60,524 nt of DNA. Origin: Hyphobacterium sp. (GTDB taxonomy: Bacteria; Pseudomonadota; Alphaproteobacteria; Caulobacterales; Maricaulaceae). Position numbers and translations under genes: made by a program. Under the pieces are notes generated by a model. That model was not told the DNA's origin. It did not search any database and was given only the letters and a program-made list of their open reading frames with translations. The DNA lies in the NCBI GenBank assembly GCA_021604625.1, contig BQJI01000001.1, forward strand, positions 1 to 60,524, given 5' to 3'. Positions 31,074 to 40,100 of the stretch are shown here, piece after piece (position 1 is the first letter of the stretch; each line of letters opens with the position of its first letter).

Positions 31074-31592
31074 ATGCAAATTCAACAGTTTCTTCTGGCC
31101 GCGGCACTGCCAATGGCGATCATTACGGCGACGCCGGTTGAAGCGCAATCGCGTCACTCGACCAGCTTCAGCTATCATCAGAGCTATCACGATCATGGCT
31201 ATGATCGCCGCGCTTTCCGCTATAATCAACGGGCTTGTGAAACCCGCTCCGCAAGCGGATTGGGCCTGGGTGCCATTCTCGATGCCGGACCGGTGATCCG
31301 CGTCAATGTCCGGCTGGGCGGTCGTTTCAATGATTGTGATCATCGCCAATATGCCTGGGCGTCAGGCTGGTCGGCGCAAACCCGCAATTCCGCCTATTGG
31401 GAAAACCCGAACTCCGGCGCGCGCGGCGTCGTTCGTCCCCGCGATTACTATGATCGGGGCAACCGCACCTGCGCCCGCTTCGAATCGGAATCCTGGTCCG
31501 GATATGGCGATTATGATCGCGGCGAATTTGAAATGTGCCGCAATCATCGCGGCGAGTGGGACTTCAGCGGCGGATATGAAAGCCGTCGCTAA
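31074..31592 (+). CDS. Secreted protein, 17-kDa surface antigen (RT0821/Lpp0805)-like
   Basis: AGGAGG RBS; signal peptide; YWENPNSGARGVV...CARF...MCRNHRGEW. Confidence 0.7.
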   Translation: MQIQQFLLAAALPMAIITATPVEAQSRHSTSFSYHQSYHDHGYDRRAFRYNQRACETRSASGLGLGAILDAGPVIRVNVRLGGRFNDCDHRQYAWASGWSAQTRNSAYWENPNSGARGVVRPRDYYDRGNRTCARFESESWSGYGDYDRGEFEMCRNHRGEWDFSGGYESRR

Positions 31593-31616
31593 CCCGCCCT
31601 CACCCACTTGCCGAAA

Positions 31617-31650
31617 GGAAGGCCGGAGCTACGCGCTCCGGCCTTTTTCC
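31617..31650. terminator. Bidirectional terminator
   Basis: AAGGCCGGAGC-loop-GCTCCGGCCTT between convergent genes. Confidence 0.7.
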
Positions 31651-31663
31651 CGACTAGGCCTGA

Positions 31664-32281
31664 TTATTCGTCGCAGAATTCCTGATCCGGGCCGCTCGAA
31701 GGGTTGCGCCATTCGCAATCTTCATCGTCATCCGGTGCTTCCGATGTCGGCTCCTGCGGGCGCGGTGTATTATCGATCGGACCTTGAGGTTCGTCCTCGT
31801 CATCATCGCAATTCTCGCACTCCATGGCTTCGGGGGCCGATGCCGTCCCGCCGGTAGCAAAGCCGACATCACCGCCGCCAAATTGCGTGCCGGGACGCTC
31901 GCGAACTTCCCAACCCGGATCCCCTCCGCCCAGATTATGGGTTGTGGGATCGACCCCGTCGGCGGGTGCAGTGGCAAAGCCGACATCATCGCCGCCAAAT
32001 TGTGTGCCGTGCTGTTCCCGCACTTCCCAGCCCGGATCTCCCCCGCCAAGATTGTTCGTGGTTGGCGCTTCGCGTTCTGTCGGTGCCGGACGGCCTCGCC
32101 TTACACGAATTTCGCCGGAGCGCGTGCGGCAGGTCTCGCCGGGATCAGCCACCCGGCACAAGGGCAGGTTTCGATCCGGTGCGGATTGTTGTGCGCTTTG
32201 CCGCTGCGCATTGGCCGGTGCTGACATCGCCAGACTGCTCGCGCCAACCAAAAGCATGGACAGAATTCGGATGTTCGACAT
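31664..32281 (-). CDS. Secreted acidic hypothetical protein with a 39-aa tandem duplication
   Basis: GGGGAG RBS; signal peptide; repeat PTT.NLGGGDPGWEVRE..GTQFGG.DVGFAT present twice. Confidence 0.7.
   Translation of the reverse strand: MSNIRILSMLLVGASSLAMSAPANAQRQSAQQSAPDRNLPLCRVADPGETCRTRSGEIRVRRGRPAPTEREAPTTNNLGGGDPGWEVREQHGTQFGGDDVGFATAPADGVDPTTHNLGGGDPGWEVRERPGTQFGGGDVGFATGGTASAPEAMECENCDDDEDEPQGPIDNTPRPQEPTSEAPDDDEDCEWRNPSSGPDQEFCDE
31854..32065. repeat. Diverged 117-bp-period tandem duplication inside the CDS
   Basis: GCAAAGCCGACATC recurs at 31857 and 31974. Confidence 0.85.
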
Positions 32282-32327
32282 GGTAGGTCTCCCCTGTTTG
32301 CGGCGATACTAGCACAATTGCTGATGA

Positions 32328-33335
32328 TCAGTCGGACAATCGACGGGCCAGTCGCCGCGCCGGCTTTTCAACCAGATAGTGAAACACTGTCGCGAGCAGG
32401 ATGATGCCGATCATGTCCAGCACGAAGGCCGTAGCACCTGAAAATCCGAAATGGCGCACCGTATTTAATACTGGCAAGTGCAAGAGATAGACGGCAAAGC
32501 TGATATGGCCGAGGAAACGCGCGACCGGATTGGAAAATAGGCTTGAAAACAGGCGCCCCGAATGCGCGGCGGACAGGATAAGGACACCATACAGCCCACC
32601 GAATATCAGTGGCGCATACCACATCGGATTGACCCACCCGGTCACCGCCGACATCGGCGGCAAGGTCAGAACCAGCCCGGCCAGCCCGATCAGCAATCCC
32701 GCATTGGCGATACGGCGAATCCAGTCTGACGACCCGAATTGCGCGCGAAGCGCATGGTGCAGTGTGCCCGCCAGCATGCCGAAGCCGAAAAACGCAACCC
32801 CGCGCAACAGCGATGTGCGGTCTGGCACATCATAGATCATCAGCATCAACGCGAGAACGGCCGTGTAAAACAGCACGCGATTCCAGCCGGTCGCAAACAG
32901 GCCGCCAATCACCGCAATCACCGGGAAGGCGAGGTAGAATTTCATCTCGACCGGAATGGTCCAGAAGATCAGGTAATCGGCGCGCAAAAGCGCCAGATTC
33001 ACCATCAGGTCCCGGTCAACCGCACCATAGATGAAGCTCAGACCGAGCTGATGCGCCAGAAAGGCCAGAATCACCACAACCAGATAGAGCGGATAAACCC
33101 GCATCACCCGGCGAATGCCATAGCCTACCCAGTTGGAAAAACCCGTCTGCCTATTGCCATAGAGCCAGCTCATCAGGAAACCGGACAGGACGAAAAACAA
33201 CATCACCCCATGCTGGCCAGTGCCGCGTATTTCGATGAAATGCCCGATATTGCCCATATGGCCCAGCGCCACCATCAGGGCGGCCAGGCCTCTTATGCCA
33301 TCAAGCGCTGGAATGGATTTGCGATCACCCGTCAT
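32328..33335 (-). CDS. Acyltransferase family 3 (OafA-like O-acyltransferase)
   Basis: LDGIRGLAALMV, FFVLSGF, FWTIPVEMKFY, LGHISFAVYLLH and VEKP motifs. Confidence 0.9.
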   Translation of the reverse strand: MTGDRKSIPALDGIRGLAALMVALGHMGNIGHFIEIRGTGQHGVMLFFVLSGFLMSWLYGNRQTGFSNWVGYGIRRVMRVYPLYLVVVILAFLAHQLGLSFIYGAVDRDLMVNLALLRADYLIFWTIPVEMKFYLAFPVIAVIGGLFATGWNRVLFYTAVLALMLMIYDVPDRTSLLRGVAFFGFGMLAGTLHHALRAQFGSSDWIRRIANAGLLIGLAGLVLTLPPMSAVTGWVNPMWYAPLIFGGLYGVLILSAAHSGRLFSSLFSNPVARFLGHISFAVYLLHLPVLNTVRHFGFSGATAFVLDMIGIILLATVFHYLVEKPARRLARRLSD

Positions 33336-33472
33336 CAACGCGATGCTAGCCGATCCAGCGCGTCGCACAATGCGTCGGCTGCCGCGTCTTCGGGTCGACA
33401 CGGGAATGGCGAATTAGATTCGCTAATGGCGCGCAAACTTTCAGGCCATTCACGTGCTCGGACCATGTGTAG

Positions 33473-33524
33473 AGAATGGAGCGGGCGATGAGATTCGAAC
33501 TCACGACATTCACCTTGGCAAGGT
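33473..33524 (-). repeat. att site: displaced 3' part of tRNA-Gly (52-bp direct repeat)
   Basis: Identical to 40779-40830. Confidence 0.97.
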
Positions 33525-33666
33525 ATTGACGCCCCTTACCCTCGTTACTTGATGCCATACATGTTATTGAATCTCTTCGGAAACACCTGACCGCAGGTTC
33601 TGGAGAGACAGGCACGTTTTTCCACCGCAAGGACGTTCCGAGTGGAACTTTGGTGGAACAAAAAGC

Positions 33667-33695
33667 TTGACATTTAGTCAAAAATAGTATACTAT
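33667..33695 (+). promoter_or_regulatory. Sigma70-like promoter of the integrase (TTGACA-N17-TACTAT)
   Basis: Near-consensus hexamers at 17-bp spacing, upstream of the AAGGAG RBS. Confidence 0.6.
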
Positions 33696-33751
33696 ATAAG
33701 AGTAGGGTTCAGTGTGAATTGCCTACAATTTCAAGACAAAAAGGAGTGACG

Positions 33752-34945
33752 ATGCCGCGACCGCGTCCGGGTAAGCATGCCCGATTCATCAAGCTGCTTG
33801 AAGAGATCAGAAAAGACCGTCCATCCCGTGCAAGATACTTAGAGGGAGTTGGCATCAGGAGCGGCGGTAAGACAGAAACTGCATACTTGAAAATACGACT
33901 GCCGAATGGCGGGCAATATCGCCAGAAATACTACAAACCCGGTTCAGCTATCGAGCTTTCTCTTGGCCGCCTGTCCTCTTGGCCATGGGATCGGCTTCTA
34001 CAGGAGCGGGACAGGCTTCAAGGGCTCGCCGACAGGGGAGAGCCGCTGGAAGAAAAGACGACAGATACCTTCCGTGAAGCTGCAATGACTTGGCTCAACA
34101 CCAAGCGGAATGTTCCCAGCCACACACTAATGAAGGGGCATATCGAAAACTACTTGCTGCCGACTTTTGGCCAAATACCGCTTGACCAGATCGACCTCGA
34201 CCACATTCACCTTTGGCAGGCTAATCTTCTCGAAGACCTCTCTCCGGCGACTGTAAAGCGTATCAGAGGCACTTTCAGCACCATTCTGGCCTATCAGGTC
34301 CGCAAGGGCACTTTGGACCGCAACTGGGTGAAATATGCAGATCCGATCAGGGGGATTGAACCTCGCACCCGGCACCTGACTCGTGAGGAGGTCGGCAAAA
34401 TATTAGAGGCTGCCCGCAAGCTGGAAGGTTTGAAAGACAAGGCTGAACCGTGGAAACACACAGCGCCTTGGCTGGAAGATTTCATAAGATGGCAGCTGGC
34501 AACCGGAATGCGTAAGGGTGAGGCGCTCAGGTTGAAATGGTCAGACATAGACCGGACCTCCAATCAGCCATGCGTAAGGATATCTCAGACCAAGACAGGA
34601 CAGCCCCGAGCCGTTCCTCTCGGTTCGACGACACTCTCAATTCTCGACAGGATGATGGAGTATCCACGCGCTGAAAACGACAGGCGGATATTTCCGGTCT
34701 CCCTGTCCACGGTAACACGCACCCTCAAACTACTATGGGACAAAAGTGACATTGAGGACGTCAGGCTGCATGACCTACGCCGGACTTGCCTCACTTGGCT
34801 GGCAGGGGATGGAATTGATCTCAGAACCGTCCAGTCAATCGCGGGGCATGCAGATTTGAACATGCTCCAGCGACACTATGCGCAACCCCTAAACCATCAA
34901 GCGGCTGCCATAGCAATGGAAGAACGATTTAAAGCAATAGGATAA
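33752..34945 (+). CDS. Tyrosine recombinase / phage-type integrase
   Basis: Catalytic set R (TGMRKGE), K (TKTG), HxxR (LHDLRR), H (AGH) and Y (RHY) is complete; AAGGAG RBS before the ATG at 33752. Confidence 0.95.
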   Translation: MPRPRPGKHARFIKLLEEIRKDRPSRARYLEGVGIRSGGKTETAYLKIRLPNGGQYRQKYYKPGSAIELSLGRLSSWPWDRLLQERDRLQGLADRGEPLEEKTTDTFREAAMTWLNTKRNVPSHTLMKGHIENYLLPTFGQIPLDQIDLDHIHLWQANLLEDLSPATVKRIRGTFSTILAYQVRKGTLDRNWVKYADPIRGIEPRTRHLTREEVGKILEAARKLEGLKDKAEPWKHTAPWLEDFIRWQLATGMRKGEALRLKWSDIDRTSNQPCVRISQTKTGQPRAVPLGSTTLSILDRMMEYPRAENDRRIFPVSLSTVTRTLKLLWDKSDIEDVRLHDLRRTCLTWLAGDGIDLRTVQSIAGHADLNMLQRHYAQPLNHQAAAIAMEERFKAIG

Positions 34946-34949
34946 TGAA

Positions 34950-35144
34950 ATGAAATTGATAAATGACACCGAAATTGCAGAGCAACTTGGAATGTCAGAG
35001 TCTTGGGTGCGCGTGCAGCGGCACAAGCGAAAGCATGGCGAAGATCACTGGTTAGCAATCGACCCGATCTATGTGGGGGAACGCTGCCCACGTTACAGAC
35101 AGGATATGTTTGATTGTTTTATGGAGACGGTCTGTGTCACATGA
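34950..35144 (+). CDS. Excisionase/AlpA-like small HTH protein
   Basis: LINDTEIAEQLGMSESWVR...PIYVGERCPRYR; directly follows the integrase. Confidence 0.7.
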   Translation: MKLINDTEIAEQLGMSESWVRVQRHKRKHGEDHWLAIDPIYVGERCPRYRQDMFDCFMETVCVT

Positions 35145-35210
35145 TTGGTCAGCCTGACCACGTATTTAAATAACTGTATTTATTATAATTTCTAGACAAA
35201 TAGAAGAAGA

Positions 35211-36554
35211 ATGACCGACGCAAGCAATCTATCATTATTGGTGCCGGATGAGCCCGATAAAGATCCCCTAAGCCTCGTGCGTGACCCGCGCTTCAGACAC
35301 GACCTTCAGATACGTACACCAGCGCTCGACCTTTTGGCGGACCGTTTTTTCCCTCTGCTAGAGGCACATCGCGAGCAACACAGCCAAAGAGGCTTTGGAC
35401 ACAAATTACGGCTCAGCTACGATCACGCGCTGAGGTCCATTCTAGCGAACCTCCTGAACAACTCTCGGCCGGAAGAGCGCCGAAGTGTCTGTTACTCTCG
35501 TGCGTGGGCTGACTACGAAACATCAATATATCGTAGCAATGCTCCCGGCAGAGACGTGTTCACAAACTGCTTGGATATATTGGCATCCGAGGGGCTGGTC
35601 GAATTAACGGCGGGCGAATGGGGCCCATTTGGAGAAAAGGGGAAGCTGTCCACTTTCCGCCTGACAGACGTCGGCGCAAAACTATTTCAAGAACTGGGCG
35701 TTCTCGATTCCTGGGTGCCACTCGATTTGACCCAACCCGGCTTAGTCGAGATCAAGAATGCCAAGAAAAAGAAGCTGGAATTCGATCCAGAAACCCCAGA
35801 AATACGCCAGATTCTCGATCAGCTTTTAGCGATCAATCAATTCCTGCGCGATGCGGACATAAGCATAGACGAAAGCGCCAAGACGACCCGGCATTATGGG
35901 CCACTTATTACAGCGAACCCAGCTCTTCAGGCCTATAAACGCATCTTCAACAATGGTGACCTAGCGCAGAACGGACGCTTCTACGGGCCGTGGTGGCTAA
36001 ATATGAAGTCGGCAGACCGACACGCCATTCGCATAGATGGGCAGCCAGTTGCCGGACTGGATTTCTCCGCCTTCAATGCCCGCATTCTATACGCTCAGGA
36101 GAAGCAGGAAGCGCCAGACTGTCCTTACTCTCCGCCAGACCTTGTCGCTCGTGCTGACGCGGTCGGTATTGACTGGCAGGACTTACGACCCGGAATGAAA
36201 GAGCTCTTCAACCGGCTGCTCAATTCAAAAGGTCGCGGAAGCACCAAGGACTACGAAGACTCATTCGCCCTCCATCGAATTACGACTATCGACGAAGCGT
36301 TGAACTTGCTCACAGCCCATAACGATCACATCAGGCATCGGTTCTTCTCGCAGGTAGGAGTGCGAATTTCTCGGCTGGAATCAGAGATTGCTTTGCGTAT
36401 CATGCTTGATGGTTTGACCGACTTTAAGGCCGTTCTTTCTATCCATGATGGCTTTTTCGTTCGGCAGGAGGAAAGCGACTGGTTGTTGGATAGAATGCAT
36501 TACCACTATCTAAGTATCGTAGGAGGTGAGCCAGTAGTTGAAGAGATGTGGTAG
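35211..36554 (+). CDS. Hypothetical protein with family-A/T7-like polymerase palm motifs and a probable N-terminal winged HTH
   Basis: GRFY (255-258), LDFSAFNARILY (motif A-like, D284), R326xxxK330 (motif B-like), LSIHDGF (motif C-like, H412-D413). Confidence 0.65.
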   Translation: MTDASNLSLLVPDEPDKDPLSLVRDPRFRHDLQIRTPALDLLADRFFPLLEAHREQHSQRGFGHKLRLSYDHALRSILANLLNNSRPEERRSVCYSRAWADYETSIYRSNAPGRDVFTNCLDILASEGLVELTAGEWGPFGEKGKLSTFRLTDVGAKLFQELGVLDSWVPLDLTQPGLVEIKNAKKKKLEFDPETPEIRQILDQLLAINQFLRDADISIDESAKTTRHYGPLITANPALQAYKRIFNNGDLAQNGRFYGPWWLNMKSADRHAIRIDGQPVAGLDFSAFNARILYAQEKQEAPDCPYSPPDLVARADAVGIDWQDLRPGMKELFNRLLNSKGRGSTKDYEDSFALHRITTIDEALNLLTAHNDHIRHRFFSQVGVRISRLESEIALRIMLDGLTDFKAVLSIHDGFFVRQEESDWLLDRMHYHYLSIVGGEPVVEEMW

Positions 36555-37111
36555 GTAGGGGTGGGGAGAGATATCGGGGGAATTTGAAGCGCTTAGCTAT
36601 ACACTAGGGTTACCATCCTCTGGTTCTCTTCATTGTAGGGGGTTTAAGCACACACATTCATAAACCGCATAATCAGATCAGCTAAACTAGAGCAGCAAGT
36701 AGGACATTGAAATATATACCCTATTTCTGACTCTATCTCATAAAAATCGGTTTGAATCAAAACATCTCATATTGATTTGGAGCCTTTTTATCAGGTCCAC
36801 GGCACCTTCCTCTGAAGGAAATGATGCGTTCATACTGCTTATCCGTTGACCCAGCCCCTGATCCGGGCCGATCGTTAGTAGAGTCTGTTCGCCTTTCTTT
36901 CTGGTTTTGGTTCAAGGTTCAAGGCCCGGTGAGCGGAGCCCATGCGTAGCTCACGCGAACCGGGCCGGTGTTTGCGGGTTTGCTGGGCGTAGATGGCTGG
37001 CGCCAGCGACATAGCGTGCTAACTTGTGGTAGAGTCGGTTCGGATTTACCAATACATTTTGTCGTGCAACGGGTCTGAATGGAATGACGCGCGGGTGATG
37101 AGGAAAACGGT

Positions 37112-40100
37112 ATGAATGATGATCGCACCTGTATTGCTAAAACCCTGTTCGCTGCCTTTTCGGGATTAATACTCACAAGCACGGTGTTCGCCCAAGGCAA
37201 TTCAGCGCCTGATGCGGTGGATGATGTCATCATTGCCGGTATAGCTCACGATCCTCCAGCACAGGGCATCACCCGATTAGTCGAGCAAATAGATTATTCT
37301 CTATTTGCTGGAACGGTCGTGGCCCGTTTTACAGCGTTAGAAGGCGGCGGATTTGTAATGATTTGGGAGTCGCTCTCTTGGGATAACGACGACATCTATT
37401 CCCAGCAATATAGCGCCACTGGCTCTCCGGTTGGCACAAGAATCAACGCGACAATAGAAGATCTTGAAAATGGCTCTGAGAAGGCCACGCTTGTCGGCGG
37501 CGGGTACGTGTATGCTTATACGGATTTTGTCTGCACATTTTATCTGGGAGTACCGCCAACGTGTAGAGGGGGCGATCACAGACTCAACTTTAGGCTAGTT
37601 TTGCCTGCTCCTCTGTTAGTAGACTCGTCTTATCCGCTCGACGTGTTCGCCAATGACAGCGACCCGAACGGAGATGTGCTGACCCTCACCCATGTGAACG
37701 GGAATGCCATTGTCGAGGATGGATCAGTGACACTGCCATCTGGCGTAAGCATCACTCTGTTGGGCGGTGAGCTGGTCTATGACCCTCGGTCCGCCCCGTT
37801 TGCCATTGCCCTGCCCAAAGATGTCAGCGCCGACGATAATTTTACTTACACAATCAGCGATGGGGTTTTGACCGACACGGCCAATGTCACCGTCACACTG
37901 ACTGGCGTGAATGATGCTCCTTCCGCGGAAAGCGATGAATTGAGCGCCGGAGAGGATGCAGATGGCGCGGATGTCACCGCTACACTTCTTTCCAATGACA
38001 CCGACCCCGACACTGGCACAACTGCGCAATTGGCCATTTCCGCTATCGACACAACTGGCACGCAGGGACAGGTCAATTTCAACGCTGGCAACGTTACCTA
38101 CAGTCCGAATGGCGCTTACGAGAGTCTAGCTGTGGGCCAAACTAGCAGCGACACGTTCCATTACACGATCACTGATCCCGACGGGCTGATTGCTACAGCG
38201 GCAGTGACCGTAACGATAAGCGGTGCCAATGATGCGCCGACCGCAGATGATGACGCGCTCTCATTTTCTGAAGAAGAGGGCGCTAAGGACGTGACGGCGT
38301 TGCTTCTCGCCAGCGATTTTGACCTTGACGATGGCGAGACCGCGCAGCTTTTGATCACAGCGATAGATTCGAGCTCGGCCAACGGACTCGTGACGCTTTC
38401 AAATGGAAGCGTGTCATACGATCCGAACGGCGCTTTCAACTGGTTGGAAGATGGCCAATCCATCACCGACCAGTTTCAGTATACGATTTCTGATCCTCAC
38501 GGTGCGACCGCGACGGCGACAGCGACCGTCACCATTCAGGGCTTTGCTGGATACAGGCTTACGATTGATCGGACCGGGCTGGGCGCTGGTAGTATCACGA
38601 GTGAGCCATCTGGAATCGGGTGTGGAAGCGGCGGCGCTTGCGAAGCTTTGTTCCCTCAGGATGAAAACGTCACGCTTTCCGTTGAAGTCGAGCCAACGAC
38701 CCGCTTCCAAAGTTGGGGAGGCGATTGCGCGAGCGCGAACCAAAGTGCCTGCGCCTTGACCATGAACCAAAACCGTTACGCTTTCGCGCGGTTCGAGTTG
38801 GAAAACCCGCCCGCAGGCCGCATCGTGGCCGCCACGCTTCCCGGTGCTCGTTCTGGATATATTGGAGGCGGAGATATCACCGTGTTCATGACGGTTCTCA
38901 GTCGGCAATCTACCCCAGCCCAAAGCTGTCGCGTAACAGCACCGAATAATCCACCCTTCACGCTGTCTTATCGTCAGGTGAATGCACGAAACGAAGTCAT
39001 CGGCGATGCCAATCCGCTCTTTGATCTGGGCAATGGCGGGGCCATCAACTTTGTGATCGCCCTGACGCCAACACAAACGACCGACGCGAATGGTTATACA
39101 TTCTTGCCGCAGATTGAATGTGAGAATGCCAATCTCTCACCCATTGAAGGCGTGAACTCGGTCTTAGTTTCGATTGGAGCGGCGCCTGTTCCGGATATCC
39201 TCTCCATTGGTGCAACGCCAACAGCCGATGGTGTGGTTCGTATTTCGGCAACGGGTAACCGTATCAGCTTCATGTCTGCCGCAGCATTGAACATCGGCGC
39301 TGGTGATGGATCAGCAGGTGCTGGCGAAGCGACTGTGACGGCCAGCGTGGATACAGGCGCAGCATCCCTGCCTCTCACGCTGGAAGTTTGTGAAACCACC
39401 AGCACAGGCGGTTGTATCACGCCAAGGGGCGTCGATAATGTCACGACCGTTTTTGAGAGCAATGTGGTGAAGTATTTCGGGGTGTTTGTTCGTGCCAATG
39501 GCGATTCAACCGTGCCGTTTAGCCCGGCTAATGCCCGTGTCTTCCTGCGGTTTGCGGATGCCAATGGCACGATCCGTTCTGCAACGAGTGCCGCAGTCTT
39601 TGCCCCCTCACCCGCGGGTGATCAGCCCGAATTTCAATCCGCAATGCCTGTGGGCCGATGGAGCGTATTGGTTAGACAGGGTGATGGCGAATGGCCAAGC
39701 CTGACCCGGGGATCGCTTTACGTTTTGCCTAATGGAACAGCTATCCTTGATGATAGTCAGTCCGTTTCTCGACTGAGTTTTGAAGGCTTTGTCGCCGCCA
39801 ATGATATCGGGCGCTTCGCAGCAAATGAATCAGACGGTGCTTGGACACCAGAAGGTTCAATTCAAACCGGCCCCATCTTAAGTGAATTCCCCGGCGATCT
39901 GTGGGGCGTTCGTGATGCCAGAAGTGAAATTGCACCAGATTGGGGTGATTTATCGGGACGGTATGGTGATGGCATCCAGATCGCATCAGATGGATCGATA
40001 TCTGGCACGATAGCGGGATGCATGATTTCCGGCCGGTCTCGGGCAGATAACGAGACTGCAACGGGACTCCGGGTCGCAAGTGTGAACCTGATGAGATGTG

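Noticed and set aside
31854-32065. CRISPR-like repeat array
   Set aside because: Only two diverged copies, in frame within a CDS; no spacers or cas genes anywhere in the window.
33346-33681. ORFs crossing the att repeats (also 40607-40864)
   Set aside because: Their shared peptide LAKVNVVSSNLIARSIL is simply translated tRNA sequence.
35211-36554. Retron, DGR or other reverse-transcriptase system
   Set aside because: No YxDD motif or RT blocks and no TR/VR repeat pair; the motifs fit a family-A-like palm instead.
36556-36610. G-quadruplex after the polymerase-like gene
   Set aside because: Only three closely spaced G-tracts; the fourth is far away.
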